The position numbers and the translations under genes were made by a program. A stretch of DNA of 64,000 bases from Squalus acanthias (Eukaryota): positions 163,496,001 to 163,560,000 of the forward strand of contig CM059425.1 in NCBI GenBank assembly GCA_030390025.1, written 5' to 3'. Shown piece after piece: positions 51,130 to 64,000 of this stretch. The notes under the pieces are model-generated. The model saw only the letters and a program-made list of their open reading frames with translations, did no database searches and was not told where the DNA came from. Each line of letters begins with the position of its first letter. Position 1 is the stretch's first letter.

Positions 51130-51730
51130 AATGTGTAGCACAGAGTCAGCTTCCTTATGTGTGCTGCTGATAGCCAACCTTACCTCTTGCCACTACCCAC
51201 GCCTCCATGATTATTGCCGAGCTGTCCTACTGCACATTGGCAACATTTCTTCCAGCTAAACAAAACCATCCTGTTCTGTGTCTACTAGAAATTTTGTACC
51301 TTAGTCCCTGATTCTATCCCATTTCCAAGCGGCTCGCTCAGGCTGAACTCGACAATGCACAACTTTAGAGTTTTTGCTTGACCTTGAGCTGAGCGACAAA
51401 GTCCACACCCAGTCGATTAGCAAGAGGGTCTATATCTACCATTTAGAAATATATTCCACCTGCATCTCTACCTCATCCCACAGCTGCTCAAGCCCTCATT
51501 CACATCTTTTCCACCTCCTGGCTTGACTTCTCCAATACTCTCCTCACCATTAGCCATAACCACCTGCCCTCTAGAATTCTCTTAATAAACCCAGTCACCT
51601 TGCTACACCTCTCCCCATCTTCAAACTCTCCTCTAAACCTACCTCTTTAACTATGCCTTGTGTCGGCTTTTCCTTTTCCTTTTCCTCAGTGTCCATTCTT
51701 CACCTCTTGTGAAGTACTATATAAGATTAA
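51130..51730 (+). mobile_element. Old L2-like LINE 3' remnant
   Basis: CT-rich decayed sequence with LIH.F.TS.LDFSN.LL-like remnant and ttcaaa..ctc.ctaaa.c.acctcttt tail motif. Confidence 0.45.
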
Positions 51731-52991
51731 GGTGTTGATGTGATGACTGTAATGATCCCAAGTGAGATTAATTTGTGCGATCTTAGTGCTGTTCCCAGAT
51801 GGCAAGAGTTTGCAGAATGCACTTTTTACTGTGGCACCATGAGGTGAAATCATGCTACACAACATTAGCGTAAAAACACTATTTTAAAATAATGTTAAAA
51901 TAGCCGTCAGATGAATTTCATCTGACCATGTTAAGGAGTTTGAATGCTAATATCATGTAACAAGATTTAACCTCACATATGTTTTCCTGTTTTCAGTAGA
52001 TTGTTGAATTGAGAGAATTTCTTGTGATCAAATACCTTGGACGGTTCCTGCGCCACTAAGGGTGCATCTGGGAGATCCACCTGTCCCATAAAGTTGCAAA
52101 CTCAAGTGGAAGTGTGTCGTGCTGCAGGGTGTTGTTAGCAACCCCTGCCCCCTGTAAAGCAGCCAACGGTGCCCCCGTCCCCCTTTTTAAGGGGGCTAAT
52201 ATGAAAAAAAAACCTACCTGCTGTCTTTGGGAGTCCAGGCTGTGACTCAGACATGGTGACCCACCCACTTCCGCCAATTGAGCGCCCGCTATGCTTGATC
52301 TCACTTGGCGTACCAGCCACCTGCCGTCCATCCAGTGCATGATCGGCTGAGGACCTGGGAACTCCCTGCCTGGGGAAGCATTCCTTAATATGTATTTAAT
52401 ATAAAATTACTGCTTTCCTCTTAATTCCAGAGCGTGTTCTTGCAATGGCAAGGTTAATATGCAATTTGGCAGCAGCTTAAATTGTATTAAGAATCATTAA
52501 TTTGTGGTGCTTTAGAATAGTAACTTAAAAATAAATTTTGCTTTAAAAGCTTTATTTTCGCCCACCAGAGTTGCAGAATACTTAATATATTTGTCTTGTA
52601 GGTGAATTGGAGAGTATTTAAATTCTTCAAGTTTTAAGTGTTGCCGTTGTGGCAGTGAAAAGTTGAAGTATTTTAAGATCCAAAAATTGCCCAATTCAAG
52701 TAATAGAAAATAATGCTTTAAGTGGCTGACCCTTGATTAGTCAACTACTTAGAATACATTTCAAGTCATCAGAAGCTTTAAAAAATGATGGGGAAAAAAC
52801 TTAGGAGGATATTTTCCCTACTTTATACTCATGCCAGTGTTTTCACTAATAATTATCTAACGGAGGGAAATATATCCCTTCATTTATTTTACGTAATTTA
52901 GAATTTGATCAAAAATAATGCTTTAAAGTTGACAATTTTGTAAATCAGGTATGACAATAAATGACAATAAAAACATTTGATCTGTTACTAG

Positions 52992-53104
52992 GCACTGACT
53001 GCTGGGATGAACTAAAATCGGTCCTCTGGAAGAAGCTGAAAAATCTAGAACAAGTCAGGAATGTGCTGGAAACACTCAAACTGGTCTTTACATGCAATAC
53101 TAAG
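52992..53104 (+). CDS. RHOBTB3: RHOBTB3 internal exon
   Basis: ttactag acceptor, gtatgt donor, 113 nt. Reads GTDCWDELKSVLWKKLKNLEQVRNVLETLKLVFTCNTK, aligning with RHOBTB3 'GAFQWEELEEDIRKKLKD...'; phases fit the neighbouring exons. Confidence 0.9.
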
Positions 53105-53654
53105 GTATGTAGCCAATTGATTTTATGCCAAATGGAAGTCTCATTTTTATTCCACTTAACTATTCTTCAATGATATAGGGATGGTAATCTAGTGGTATAC
53201 ACCACCACAGAGTAGCATGTGCTTCATTGTGGAGTTTTTCGATATAAGTTCATATTCGTGATTTGTTATGTGCTGAACTCCTGATTTCTTTCTTTCAGAG
53301 AAGGGGTGAGTGGGAGAAAGGTGCTTGATATACAGATAGGGTTAATCAGTGGATGGATCAATCTAAGCCACTCTCACTCACCTAGGCCCCACTATTTGTG
53401 GGGAGGGTCCGGGGAGGCCGGAAACGGTCTAAGAACCCGGCAAGGACAGGACACGGAGGTCCTGCCAAACCTAACGGCTGGACCTCATTATCATTTTTTG
53501 GATCGGTTTCCTGCCCAACAGCCGGCCAAATTGACAGTCTGGCCGCCGGCCGGAAGTGAGAACCAGCGGCAGAAGGCCGCAGACCAGGGCCCTTGGGGAT
53601 GGTCCCCAGCAACTGGGAGGGGAGGAAGGTCGGTGATTGGGGCTGGGGAGGAGG

Positions 53655-54660
53655 TCAGCTATCGGCAGGGAGAGAGAGAGAGAGGCCACGATCAGCAGGG
53701 GGAGAGAGCGAAGGCAATCAGTGGGGCGGGGGGGGGGGAGGAGAGCGGCCATGATCGGCAGGGGGGAGAGAGAGGCTGCGATCGGCAGGGGGAGAGAGAG
53801 GCTGCAATCGGCAGGGGGAGAGAGAGGCTGCGATCGGCAGGGGGAGAGAGAGGCTGCGATCGGCAGGGGGAGAGAGAGGCTGCGATCGGGCAGGGGAGAG
53901 AGAGGCAGCGACCAGAAGAGAGAGGCAGCCGATCGGCAGGGGGAGAGAGAGGCTGCGATCGGCAGGGGGAGAGAGAGGCCACGATCAGCGGGGGGAAGAG
54001 CAAAGGCGATCAGTGGGGTGGGGGAGAGAGAGCGGCTTCGATCAGCAGGGGAGAGAGAGGCTGCGATCGGCAGGGGAGAGAGTGGCTGCGACTCGCAGGG
54101 GGAGAGAGAGGACTGCGATCGGCAGGGGGAGAGAGAGGCTGCGATCGGCAGGGGGGAGAGAGAGGCTGCGATCAGCAGGGGAGAGAGTGGCTGCGATCGG
54201 CAGGGGGAGAGAGAGAGGCCGCGATCGGCAGGGGGAGAGAGAGAGGCCGCGATCGGCAGGGGGAGAGAGAGAGGCCGCGATCGAGCTGGGGAGAGAGAGG
54301 CTGTGATCGCAGGGGGAGATGGAGAGGGCTGCGATCGGCAGGGGGGGAGAGAGAGGCTGCGATCGGCAGGGGGAGAGAGAGGCTGCGTAATTCCGGCAGG
54401 GGGGAGAGAGAGGCTGTGGATCGGCAGGGGGAGAGAGAGGCTGCGATACGCAGGGGGTGAGAAGAGGCTGCGATCGGCAGGGGGAGAGAGAGGCTGCGAT
54501 CGGCAGGGGGAGAGAGAGAGGCCGCGATTGGCAGGGGGAGAGAGCGAAGGCGATCAGCAGGTGGTTTGGGGGGTGGGGGGAGAGAGCTGCTGCGATCGGC
54601 GGGGGGAGAGAGGTCGCGATCAGGAGGGGGAGAGAGAGAGGCCGTGATTGGCAGGGGGGA
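53655..54660. repeat. G/purine-rich minisatellite, ~26-bp unit, roughly 35-40 copies
   Basis: Unit approximately GCGATCGGCAGGGGGAGAGAGAGGCT with variable G and GA tract lengths; generates the long spurious ORFs at 53306-54807. Confidence 0.95.
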
Positions 54661-55002
54661 GGCCGAAGGCTTCCATAAGGGGATGGGGGGAGCACTCCTG
54701 CTCCTCCTGGCCCTCATGAAATGCTGTAAAAAGCACTTACCTTGTGGAGCCGGCAGCTCCCACCTCCCTTTCACTGCCGGGTTTCCCAACCACTGGGAAA
54801 CCCGCACAGCAATAGTGAATTTTAAATTAGGCTCTCAATTGCACCATGGGAGCCTGATTTAAATATGATAATGAAGTGTCCCGCCTCTCCATGGTGGGAT
54901 ACTCAGACGCTCTGATATCCGTCGCCGTAAAAATGGCAGCTGGTGCGTGTGCGACATGTTGGGGACATATTTCTCCTATTTAAGTCTTTACCCTCCTCCC
55001 TG

Positions 55003-55235
55003 AACACCACGTTCCCCTCCAAGTCACGCACAATCCTGATTTGGAAATGTATCGCCGTTCCTTCATCGTCACTGGGACAAAATCCTGGAACTCCCTACCT
55101 AACAGCACTGTGGGAGTACCTTCACCATACGGACTGCAGCGGTTCAAGAAGGCGGCTCACCACCACCTTCTCAAGGGCAACTAGGGATGGGCGATAAATG
55201 CCAGCGACGCCTACATCCCAGGACCGAATAAAAAA
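55003..55235 (+). mobile_element. 3' fragment of the tRNA-headed LINE family
   Basis: Matches the tail of 56570-59710 and ends gaataaaaaa. Confidence 0.85.
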
Positions 55236-56221
55236 GAGATAAATCGGAGTATTTTCTAATTAGTGAGAAACTAGGAGCTGTAAAGGAGCAAAGAGATTTG
55301 GGAGTCCAAGTACGCAAATCATTTAAAGTTCGTGGACTGGTACAATGAGCAACAAAAAATGCTAATGGAATGTGTGTCCAGGCACGGACCCAGGGAAATT
55401 TCCTCTAAAATTTTTCAATGTTTTTATTTTCTTGTTGAGATATTGGTTGCCATTTTACATTCATAAATCACTTTAGGTCTAAAATTGTTTCTTCAGTTGA
55501 ATGGAAAAAAGCTTTTCCGGACATCATTTTTTTTCATGAATTTGCAATACATACAATTATTTTCTCACAATGTTAAAGTGATTCATTTTCATTTGCAACT
55601 ATTTTAAGTTTTCAATTTAATGGGATCCTGGCTTCAGGAAACTATTTGGCAAAGTTTTTTCATTTGTTTGCAAGTACATAATGTAATGACACACTGTAAA
55701 TCACACTGAGACTTATTGTGCACCATGATGTCAGAAACAAATGACGCAGTGATGAGTCTCTGTGTAATTTACAGTGAAAGTTACGTTCGGCTCTTTTGGT
55801 TCTTCTCCCTCCCCAGACAAAAAAAAATTGCCAAATACTTTTTGTTATGAAGGTTGCCCTTTAAGTCTGCATGTTCATCAAAATGTATTAGTAATGTTTT
55901 TTATTTTCAGTTCCGTAAACTCGCACAAGATAGACACTGCTGTATCTCTATAATGTGGAAACTTTCAAACAGTGGTTCAGAATCACAGACTATGTGGAAC
56001 CAACATCTAAAACTGTATCTAATGTGCCAATTTAAAAAATATGTTTTCAACATTGTACATCAATAGGTTTAAAAATAACTGCACTAATTATAGCGATTGG
56101 CAAACTTTGAATTTGACTGAAAATGTCTACCCTTTGAAATATCGGCCCCGATATTTTCCTCTGTGTGTCTGTTCTATTAGATTCCGGGTTGTCAAGAACG
56201 ATGGAGGAGCAACGACAACAG

Positions 56222-56569
56222 CAACAACTTGCATTATATAGCGCCTGTAACATATTAAAATGTCCCAAGGCACTTCATAGGCGCGTTATCAAACAAAATT
56301 TGACACCAAGTCACATAAAGAGATATTAGGGCAGATGAGAACAGGGTGCTAGGTGAACAAGACTTGGTGCGAGTTAAAACACAGGCAGCAGCGTTTTGGA
56401 GGAGCTCAAGTTTACAGAGGGTGGACGATGGGAGGCCGTCCAGAAGTACATTAGAATAACCAAGTCTAAAAGTAATAAAGGCATGGACGAGGGTTTCATC
56501 AGCAAATGAGCTGAAGCAGGAGCGGAGTCAGGTGACATTACGGAAGTAGGCGGTCTTAGTGATGGCACG
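56222..56569 (-). mobile_element. L2-like LINE 3' fragment
   Basis: On -: ggcgctatataatgcaagttgttg tail (shared with the Deu-type SINE tails) and decayed ORF2 C-terminus. Confidence 0.6.
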
Positions 56570-59500
56570 GATGAAACTGTCGGATTGTCGTAAAAACCCA
56601 TCTGGTTCACTAATGGAAGGAAATCTGCCGTCCCTACCCAGTCTGGCCTATATGTGACTCCAGACTCACAGCAACATGGTTGACTCTTAACTGCCCTCTG
56701 AAATGGCCTAGCAAGCCACTCAGTTGTAACAAGCCACTACGAAAAACAATAATAAGAATAAAACCAGATGGACCACCCAGCATTGACCTAGGCACCGACT
56801 TCGGACACGACAATGGCACACCCAACCCAGTCAACCCTACAAAGTCCTCCTCACTAACATCTGTAGACTTGTGCCAAAATTGGGAGAGCTGTCCCACAGA
56901 CTAGTCAAGCAACAGCCTGGCATAGTCATACTCACAGAATCGTACCTTCCGGCCAATGTCCCAGACTCCTCCATCACCATCCCAGGGTATGTCCTGTCCC
57001 ACTGGCAGGGTAGACCCACCAGAGGTGACGGCACAGTGGTATACAGTCAGGAGGGAGTGACCCTGGGAGTCCTCAACATTGACTCTGAACCCCATGAAGT
57101 CTCATGGCTTCAGGTCAAGCATGGGCAAGGAAACCTCCTGCTGATTACCACCTACTGACCTCTCTCAGCTGATGAATCAGTACTCCTCCATGTTGAACAC
57201 CACTTGGAAGAAGCACTGTGGGTAGCAAGGCCATAGAATGTACTCTGGGTGGGGGACTTCAATGTCCATCACCAAGAGTGGCTCGGTAGCACCACTACTG
57301 ACCGAGCTAGCCGAGTCCTGAAGGACATAATTGCCAGTCTGGGCCTGCAACAGGTGGTGAGAGAACCAACACGAGGGAAAAACCTACTTGACCTCGTCCT
57401 CACCAAATCTACCTGTCGCAGATGCATCTGTCCATGACAACATTGGTAGCAGTGACCACCACACAGTCCTTGTGGAGACAAAGTCCCGTCTTCACACTGA
57501 GGACACCCTCCATCGTGTTGTGTGGCACTACCACCGTGCTAAATGTGATAGATTCAGAACAGATCTAGCAGCTCAAAACTGGGCATCCATGAGGCGCTGT
57601 GGGCCATCAGCAGCAGCAGAATTGTATTCCACCACAATCTATAACCTCAAGGCCCAGCATATATCTCACTCTCCCATTACCATCAAGCCAGGGGACCAAC
57701 CCTGGTTCAATAAGGAGTGCAGAAGAGCAAGCCAGGAGCAGCACCAGGCGTGACTAAAAATGAGGTGCCAACCTGGGGAAGTTGCAACATAGGACTACAT
57801 GCATGCTAAACAGCGAAAACAGCATGCTGTAGACAGAGCTAAGTGATCCCACAACCAACGGATCTGATCAAAACTCTGCAGTCCTGCCACATCAAGTCAT
57901 GAATGGTGGTGGACTATTAAACAACTAACGGGAGGAAGAGGGTCCATGAATATCCCCATCCTCAATGATGGCGGAGCCCAGCACGCGAGTGCAAAAGACA
58001 AGGCTGAAGCGTTTGCAACCATCTTCAGCCAGAAGTGCCGAGTGGTTGATCTATTTCGGCCGCCTCCTGAGGTTCCCACCATCACAGAAGCCAGTCTTCA
58101 GCCAGTTCGATTCACTTCATGTGATATCAAGAAACGGCTGAGTGCACTGGATACAGCAAAGGCTATGGGCCCTGACAACATCCAAGCTGTCGTGCTGATG
58201 ACTTATGCTCCAGAACTAACCGCGTCTCTAACCAAGCTGTTCCAGTACAGCAACACTGGCATCTAACTTCCATAGTGAAAAATAGCCCAGGTATGTCCTG
58301 TTCACAAAAAGCAGGACAAATCCAATCCGGCAATTACTGCCCCATCAGTCTACTGTCAATTATCAGCGAAGTGATGGAAGAAGTCGTCGACAGTGCTATC
58401 AAGCGGCACTTACTCACCAATAACCTGCTCACCGATGCTTAGCTTAGGTTCTGCCAGGGCCAATCGGCTCCAGAACTCATTACAGACTTGGTTCAAACAT
58501 GGACAAAAGAGCTGAATTCTAGAGGTGAGGTGAGAGTGACTGCCCTTGACATCAAGGCAGCATTTGACCGAGTGTGCATCAAGGAGCCCTAGTAAAATTA
58601 AAGTCAATAGGAATCAGAGGGAAAACTCTCCACTGGCTGGAGTCATACCTAGCACAAAGGAAGATGGTTGTGGTTGTTGGCGGTCAATCATCTCAGCCCC
58701 AGGACATCGCTGCAGGAGTTCCTCAGGGCAGTGTCCTAGGCCCAACCATCTTCAGCTGCTTCATCAATGACCTTCCCTCTATCATAAGGTCAGAAGTGGG
58801 GATGTTTGCTGATGATTGCACAGTGTTCAATTCCATTCGCAACTCCTCAGATAATGAAGCAGTCCATGCCCGCATGCAGCAAGACTTGGACGACATTCAG
58901 GCTTGGGCTGATAAGTGGCAAATAACATTCGCGCCACACAAGTGCCAGGCAATGACTATCTCCAACAAGCGCAAATCTAACCACTGCCCCTTGACATTCA
59001 ACGGCATTACCATCGCCAAATCCCCCATCATCAACATCCTGGGGGGTCACCATTGACCAGAAACTTAACTGGACCAGCCACATAAATACTCTGGTTACAA
59101 GAGCTGGTCAGAGGCTAGGTATTCTGTGGCAAGTGTCTCACCTCCTGACTCCCCAAAGCCTTTCCACCATCTACAAGGCACAAGTCAGGAGTGTGATGGA
59201 ATACTCTCCACTTGCCTGGATGAGTGCAGCTCCACCAAAACTCAAGAAGCTCAACACCATCCAAGACAAAGCAGCCCGCCTGATTGGCACCCCATCCACC
59301 ACCTTAAACATTCATTCCCTCTACCACCGGCGCACTGTGGCTGCAGCGTGTATCATCTACAAGATATATTGCAGCAACTCACCAAGGCTTCTTCGGCAGC
59401 ACCTCCTAAACCCGCGACCTCTACCACCTAGAAGGACAAGGGCAGCAGGCACATGGGAACACCATCACCTGCAAGTTCCTCCCCAAGTTAGACACCATCC

Positions 59501-59710
59501 TGATTTGGAAATATATCGCATTTCCTTCATCGTCGCTGGGTCAAAATCCTGGAACTCCCTCTCTAACAGCACTGTGGGAATATTTTCACCACACGGACTT
59601 CAGCGGTTCAAGATGGCGGCTCACCACCGCCTTCTCAAGGGCAATTAGGGATGGGCAATAAATGCTGGCCTTGCCAGCGACGCTCACATCTCATGAACGA
59701 ATAAAAAAAA
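56570..59710 (+). mobile_element. Near full-length LINE of the tRNA-headed family (head truncated)
   Basis: 5' body (atgaaactgtcggattgtcgtaaaaacccatctgg...), then APE (PGIVILTESYL, GDFNVHH, LDLVLT, SDH) and RT (GVPQGSVLGP, MFADD), then 3' hairpin and A-tail. Several stops. Confidence 0.93.
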
Positions 59711-60133
59711 TATGTGGTCGGAAGCTCATCTCGGCAGCATTCTTTAATTAACGCTGCATTGGTAGTATGGACGAACAGTTACAAAGTAAACCTCAGATAA
59801 AGAAACATTTCTTGGAAAAATATTAGAAATGTCTCTTAAAAAGTAAGAATGTGTCATCTTTCCTCACCGAGCACAGACTGAACCCCAGTGAACGAGCAGC
59901 TGAACAGGTCTATGGAATACCGAACAAGCAGAAGTATTCAGCATTTTGCAACAGCACATTCCTGGAACTTATCTGTAATTCCCAATCCTATGCTTACGGT
60001 ATTTTGCTGGAATCCCTAAAAAAGAAAAAATAATACAGATTTTAGAAAAGTGAAATGACCAAGTTAAGAGTTTTTTGAGAAAGCACAAATGATTAAATCC
60101 AGTTATCCAATGTTCCTTTTTTATATCTTATAG

Positions 60134-60260
60134 ACATTTTGTTCCAGTGGTGTCAGCAATCAAACAGCAAAAAGTAAAGGGCAGTCTCAAAGTTGCTGCC
60201 GTTCTTTAAGTCTTTTCCTCAAAAATCCTGACTTGGCCGATGTCATCTTTAAAGTACAAG
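60134..60260 (+). CDS. RHOBTB3: RHOBTB3 internal exon (start of second BTB domain)
   Basis: tcttatag acceptor, gtacag donor, 127 nt. Reads TFCSSGVSNQTAKSKGQSQSCCRSLSLFLKNPDLADVIFKVQ(G), compare RHOBTB3 'SLKFFLNKPMLADVVFEIQG'. Confidence 0.9.
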
Positions 60261-60384
60261 GTACAGAGTATATTGCTCACTGAAGAAGAAGTAAAAATGT
60301 TCAACCTCTGTGGAATTGAACTTGTTATTCTTGGCTTGTGAATGCTCTTAATATTGTGCTTTCTATTGTGGAGAAATTCTTCTA

Positions 60385-61088
60385 ATCATAGCAATCATAT
60401 CATAGAAACTTACAGCACAGAAGGAGGCCATTCGGCCCGTCATGCCTGTGCTGGCTCTTTGAAAGAGCCGTCGTGCTTAGTCCCACATCACTGCTTTTTG
60501 TCCGTAACCCTGTACGTTCCTCATCCTCTAGTACCTGTCCAACTCCCTTTTAAAATTATTTATGGAATCAGCTTCCGCCACCTTATCAGGTAGAGCGTTC
60601 CAGATCCCAACAACTTTGAATGAAAACATTTCTCCTCATCCCTCCTCTAGATCTTTTTCCAATGATTTTGAATCCATGACCTTTAGTTATTAACCCACTC
60701 ACCAGAGGGAATAGTTTTTCTCCATCTATTCTATCAAAACCTCTCATCATCTTGAAAACCTCTATTAGGTCACCTCTTAACTTTCTCTGTTCCAAGGAGA
60801 ACAGTCCTAACTTTTCCAACCTTTCCTCATAACTGAAGTCCCTCATCCCTGGTAACATCCTGGTAAATCTCCCCTGTACCCTCTCTAGTGCCTTTACATC
60901 TTTCTAGAATTGTCCACAATACACCAGCTGAGGCCTATCCAGTGATCTCTTTGCTTTTATTTTCTATTCCTCTATTTATAAACCCAAGTAACCCATTTGC
61001 TTTTTTAACTACCTTATCAACTTGCCGTGCCACCTTTAAGGATTTGTGTATATGGACACCAAGGTCTCTCTGCTCATCTACACTTTTC
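60385..61088 (-). mobile_element. CR1 3' fragment
   Basis: SYEERLEKLGLFSLEQRKLRGDLIEVFK motif; CR1 tail at the left end. Confidence 0.9.
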
Positions 61089-61091
61089 AAA

Positions 61092-62412
61092 ATAGGAACA
61101 TAGGGCTGGATTTCTCCAATGGGGAGCTTTTGGAGGTGGGACTCCCACTTCTCGGGTTTCAGTCCCGCCTCCATCAACTTCTGGCCAACCCATGCTATTT
61201 TCCCTTGATTGACCTTGTTAAGCCCACCTAGCGGGCTTAGCAGGCCAATTAAGGGAAAGCCGGTTACAGAGAACATCAACATATGATGTTTCATGTGTCA
61301 CTAATTTTTGACAGATGAATTGTCATCGTTTGACAGCTCTGTGAAGCTGTCAAACACTGACATTCTATATAGTTTGATGAGTTCTTGAATTCAAGACTCA
61401 TCAAAGCTCTTTTGCAGAAATTAGATGGTTGTTGCATTGGAGAATGCAACGGCCATCTGTCATCTCTGCCGTGGAGATGCGAGACTCTCCACATACCCAA
61501 CTCTTGAAGCCTGCAGGAAGAAACAAAGGTAAGTAAACTTTTTCTATCACTTTCCACTTACCTCACATACTCACCTCTCCACACTTGCACACTTGCACCC
61601 ATCACTTACCTTCACAGCACACTTTTGGATCCCGCAGACCCACTACTCGCCTCGGTGACCCTGGTGGGGTTCGGAGCCTTCGGGAAGCCCACACTTGTGT
61701 TGGTAAAATAGGGATAATCCCCTTATCTGCCTGTTAACACTAATCCCTTTCCCGCCGCCAAGGAGACGGGACCCGGCGTGGGTCGGCTACCCGCCTCCTG
61801 GCAAGATGGCATAGGGGCGGGTTGGGCACCCGCCCCCAGATTCTGCCATTTTCCCGGCAGTTCCGCCTCCATACCCGCCTCCCCAGGGCTGGCAAGATTG
61901 CGCCCACTGAAACAGGAGTAGGCCATTTAGCCTCTTGAGCCTGTTCCGTCATTCAATACGATCATGGCTGATCTGTGATCTAACTCCATATGCCCGCCTT
62001 TGCCCCATATCCCTTAATACCTTTGATTAACAAAAATCTATCAATCTCAGATTTAAAATGAACAATTGATCTAGCATCAATTGCCATTTGCGGAAGAGAG
62101 TTCCAAACTTCTACCACCCTTTGTGTGTAGAAGTGTTTCCTAATTTCACTCCTGAAGGTCTGGCTCTAATTTTTAGACTATACCCCCTAGTCCGAGACTC
62201 ACCAACCAGCAGAAATAGTTTCTCTCGATCTACCCTATCTGTTCCCCTTAATATCTTGAAAACTTCGATCAAATCAGTCCTTAACCTTCTAAATTCCAGG
62301 GAATACAACCCTAATTTGTGTCATCTCTCCTCGTAATCAAACCCTTGAAATCCAGGTATCATTCTGGTAAACCTACGCTGCACTCCCTCCAATGCCAGTA
62401 TATCCTTCCTGG
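61092..62412 (-). mobile_element. CR1 3' fragment whose tail is interrupted by a Harbinger derivative
   Basis: YSLEFRRLRTDLIEVFKIL motif; the tail (aggaacata...aacaggagtaggcc) is split by 61103-61905. Confidence 0.85.
61103..61905. mobile_element. Non-autonomous Harbinger-like element
   Basis: Ends gggctggatttctcc / ggcaagattgcgccc. Subterminal cccgcctcc motifs are shared with 25738-28586; sits inside a CR1 tail. Confidence 0.6.
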
Positions 62413-63180
62413 TGTGATGTTTGTGGTCAGTTATTCATTGTTTTGTGATGAGAGAAGTAGGGGCAGTTTGCAGCTGCATGAAGTGGGTTTTTGCATCAAT
62501 CCACAAATCCTCACTTTATGATTTTACAATTTTGTGCATGTTCAGGAAGATTTGTAAGTGATAAATGTCATGGCCATTTCAAAAACACACATCATTACAA
62601 TTGTTTACAAAAGTACAAAAATGCTAATTAATTTTCAAATTTGAAGGATGTAAGGATTGAAGCCTTTATTTTATTTAACTATATAATTCTTATCTCCCGC
62701 TTGAAGACCCACCTTGCCACTGCTGAACAGATGAGCAGCTGGTTTATTCCAGGCCTTGGCTAATGACAGTCTACAATGGACTGCTAGGGGATTCTTCCTT
62801 CCTCTTTGAGAGCTGTCTCACATCAGTTCAGCACTTCCCACCAACAAGGTTTTTTTCCCCCCATAAAATATACTACATATACTCTACCTTAACCTTGCTG
62901 TAAAGTATTTCACCTCACACTTTTTATTTGTAAGCCATTGTACCCAGGAGCTTCAGCTGTCTTGAGGAGTTTAAATCCAGAGAACGAACATCACATACTC
63001 CAGAGCCGTGCCTTTATTTTTACAAAAACAGCATAAAATATAATGCATGTAAGAAGGTGATTTTTGCAAATAAGTTTTGTGAAAAGCAACCTTGTGTAGG
63101 GTGAAATGTTTTTGAAAATTATGTCCTTGGTCTTTTTGTTGCTCTGATTAACTTCACATTGTCTCTTTCTCTCTCTCAAG

Positions 63181-63354
63181 GTACATCTGTATATGCTCAT
63201 AGAGCAGTATTGGTGGCTCGTTGTGAGGTAATGGCTGCAATGTTTAGTGGAAACTATGCTGAAGCAAAAGCATGTCAGGTTCCTATTCATGGTGTTTCCA
63301 AGGAAACCTTCCTCTCTTTCTTGGAGTATCTGTATACTGATGCCTGCTGCACAG
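63181..63354 (+). CDS. RHOBTB3: RHOBTB3 internal exon (second BTB domain)
   Basis: Polypyrimidine tract plus caag acceptor, gtaagg donor, 174 nt. Reads GTSVYAHRAVLVARCEVMAAMFSGNYAEAKACQVPIHGVSKETFLSFLEYLYTDACCT, nearly identical to the recalled RHOBTB3 sequence. Confidence 0.96.
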
Positions 63355-64000
63355 GTAAGGAATCAATTCTGCAGAGATGGAGGGAGCAATGTGCATAAAA
63401 AATAACCCAGTAGCCAATCTGTAATCCAAGCTTCACAATTTATTTATAAAAAATCTTCTTAGGAAGAGGTATCCATATCAGCCTGTCGATCAGCAGTTTG
63501 AAATGAGATTGACTGGGTTTCTGAATACAATTAATGTAATTAGTTTTTTTTTACAATGTAACCTAGATGAGCAGACATAATTGACTGCTCATCCATGGCA
63601 AGTAGTACTCTAGTCATTCAACTTATTTGCAAGTCGGGTTCTAAGCAGGCTGTCAAAATCCAAGCTTGGTGTCTCATAGGCCTGGATTTTACCTTCGAAA
63701 CTGCTTGACTTCAGGCAGTATGTAGGTGGTAAACAAAGGAAACTGGGGCGGGAGGCCTTCCCAGCCCACCCCATGTAAATGTCAGTAGGTGTGCATGGCC
63801 TCATTCCCCCTGGTATTTTCATCTGTTACCATTCACTTCCTGTCCCCAGAAAACACTGCCACACTATAAAGGTGGCAATGTTAGGACCAGTACTGTCTCG
63901 GAGGCAGAAAACACCATAGAGGCCATTGCTCAAACTTTGCCGTGAGCTTGTAAGTTTTTTAACGGCTGTAGTGGACTGTGACTAACTGAGCCTGTTAAAA

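Noticed and set aside
53306..54807. Long ORFs (384, 336, 217, 211 aa)
   Set aside because: Products of the stop-poor 26-bp minisatellite; open in several frames on both strands and low complexity.

Overview
Eukaryotic (vertebrate) genomic DNA; the repeat families point to a cartilaginous fish (inference). The window lies inside one + strand host gene, RHOBTB3. Six phase-compatible coding exons are visible (17365-17522, 40062-40167, 50490-50855, 52992-53104, 60134-60260, 63181-63354); the first and last exons lie outside the window. The introns are packed with transposable elements. These include many PIF/Harbinger DNA transposons: one complete, decayed two-gene element at 41255-50323 carrying nested insertions, several internally deleted derivatives and CpG-rich MITEs. 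Also present are CR1, L2-like and RTE LINEs, Deu-type SINEs, Penelope-like terminal fragments and a 1-kb G-rich minisatellite. The most notable observations are (i) a CR1/L2-group LINE family whose 5' end is a tRNA-like Pol III head leading into an APE-RT ORF with no ORF1, (ii) a minimal hammerhead ribozyme motif in a 15-bp-TSD-flanked Penelope-like insertion, and (iii) a reconstructable nested Harbinger making up about 88% of one RHOBTB3 intron. All family assignments come from motif recognition by eye, not from database searches.
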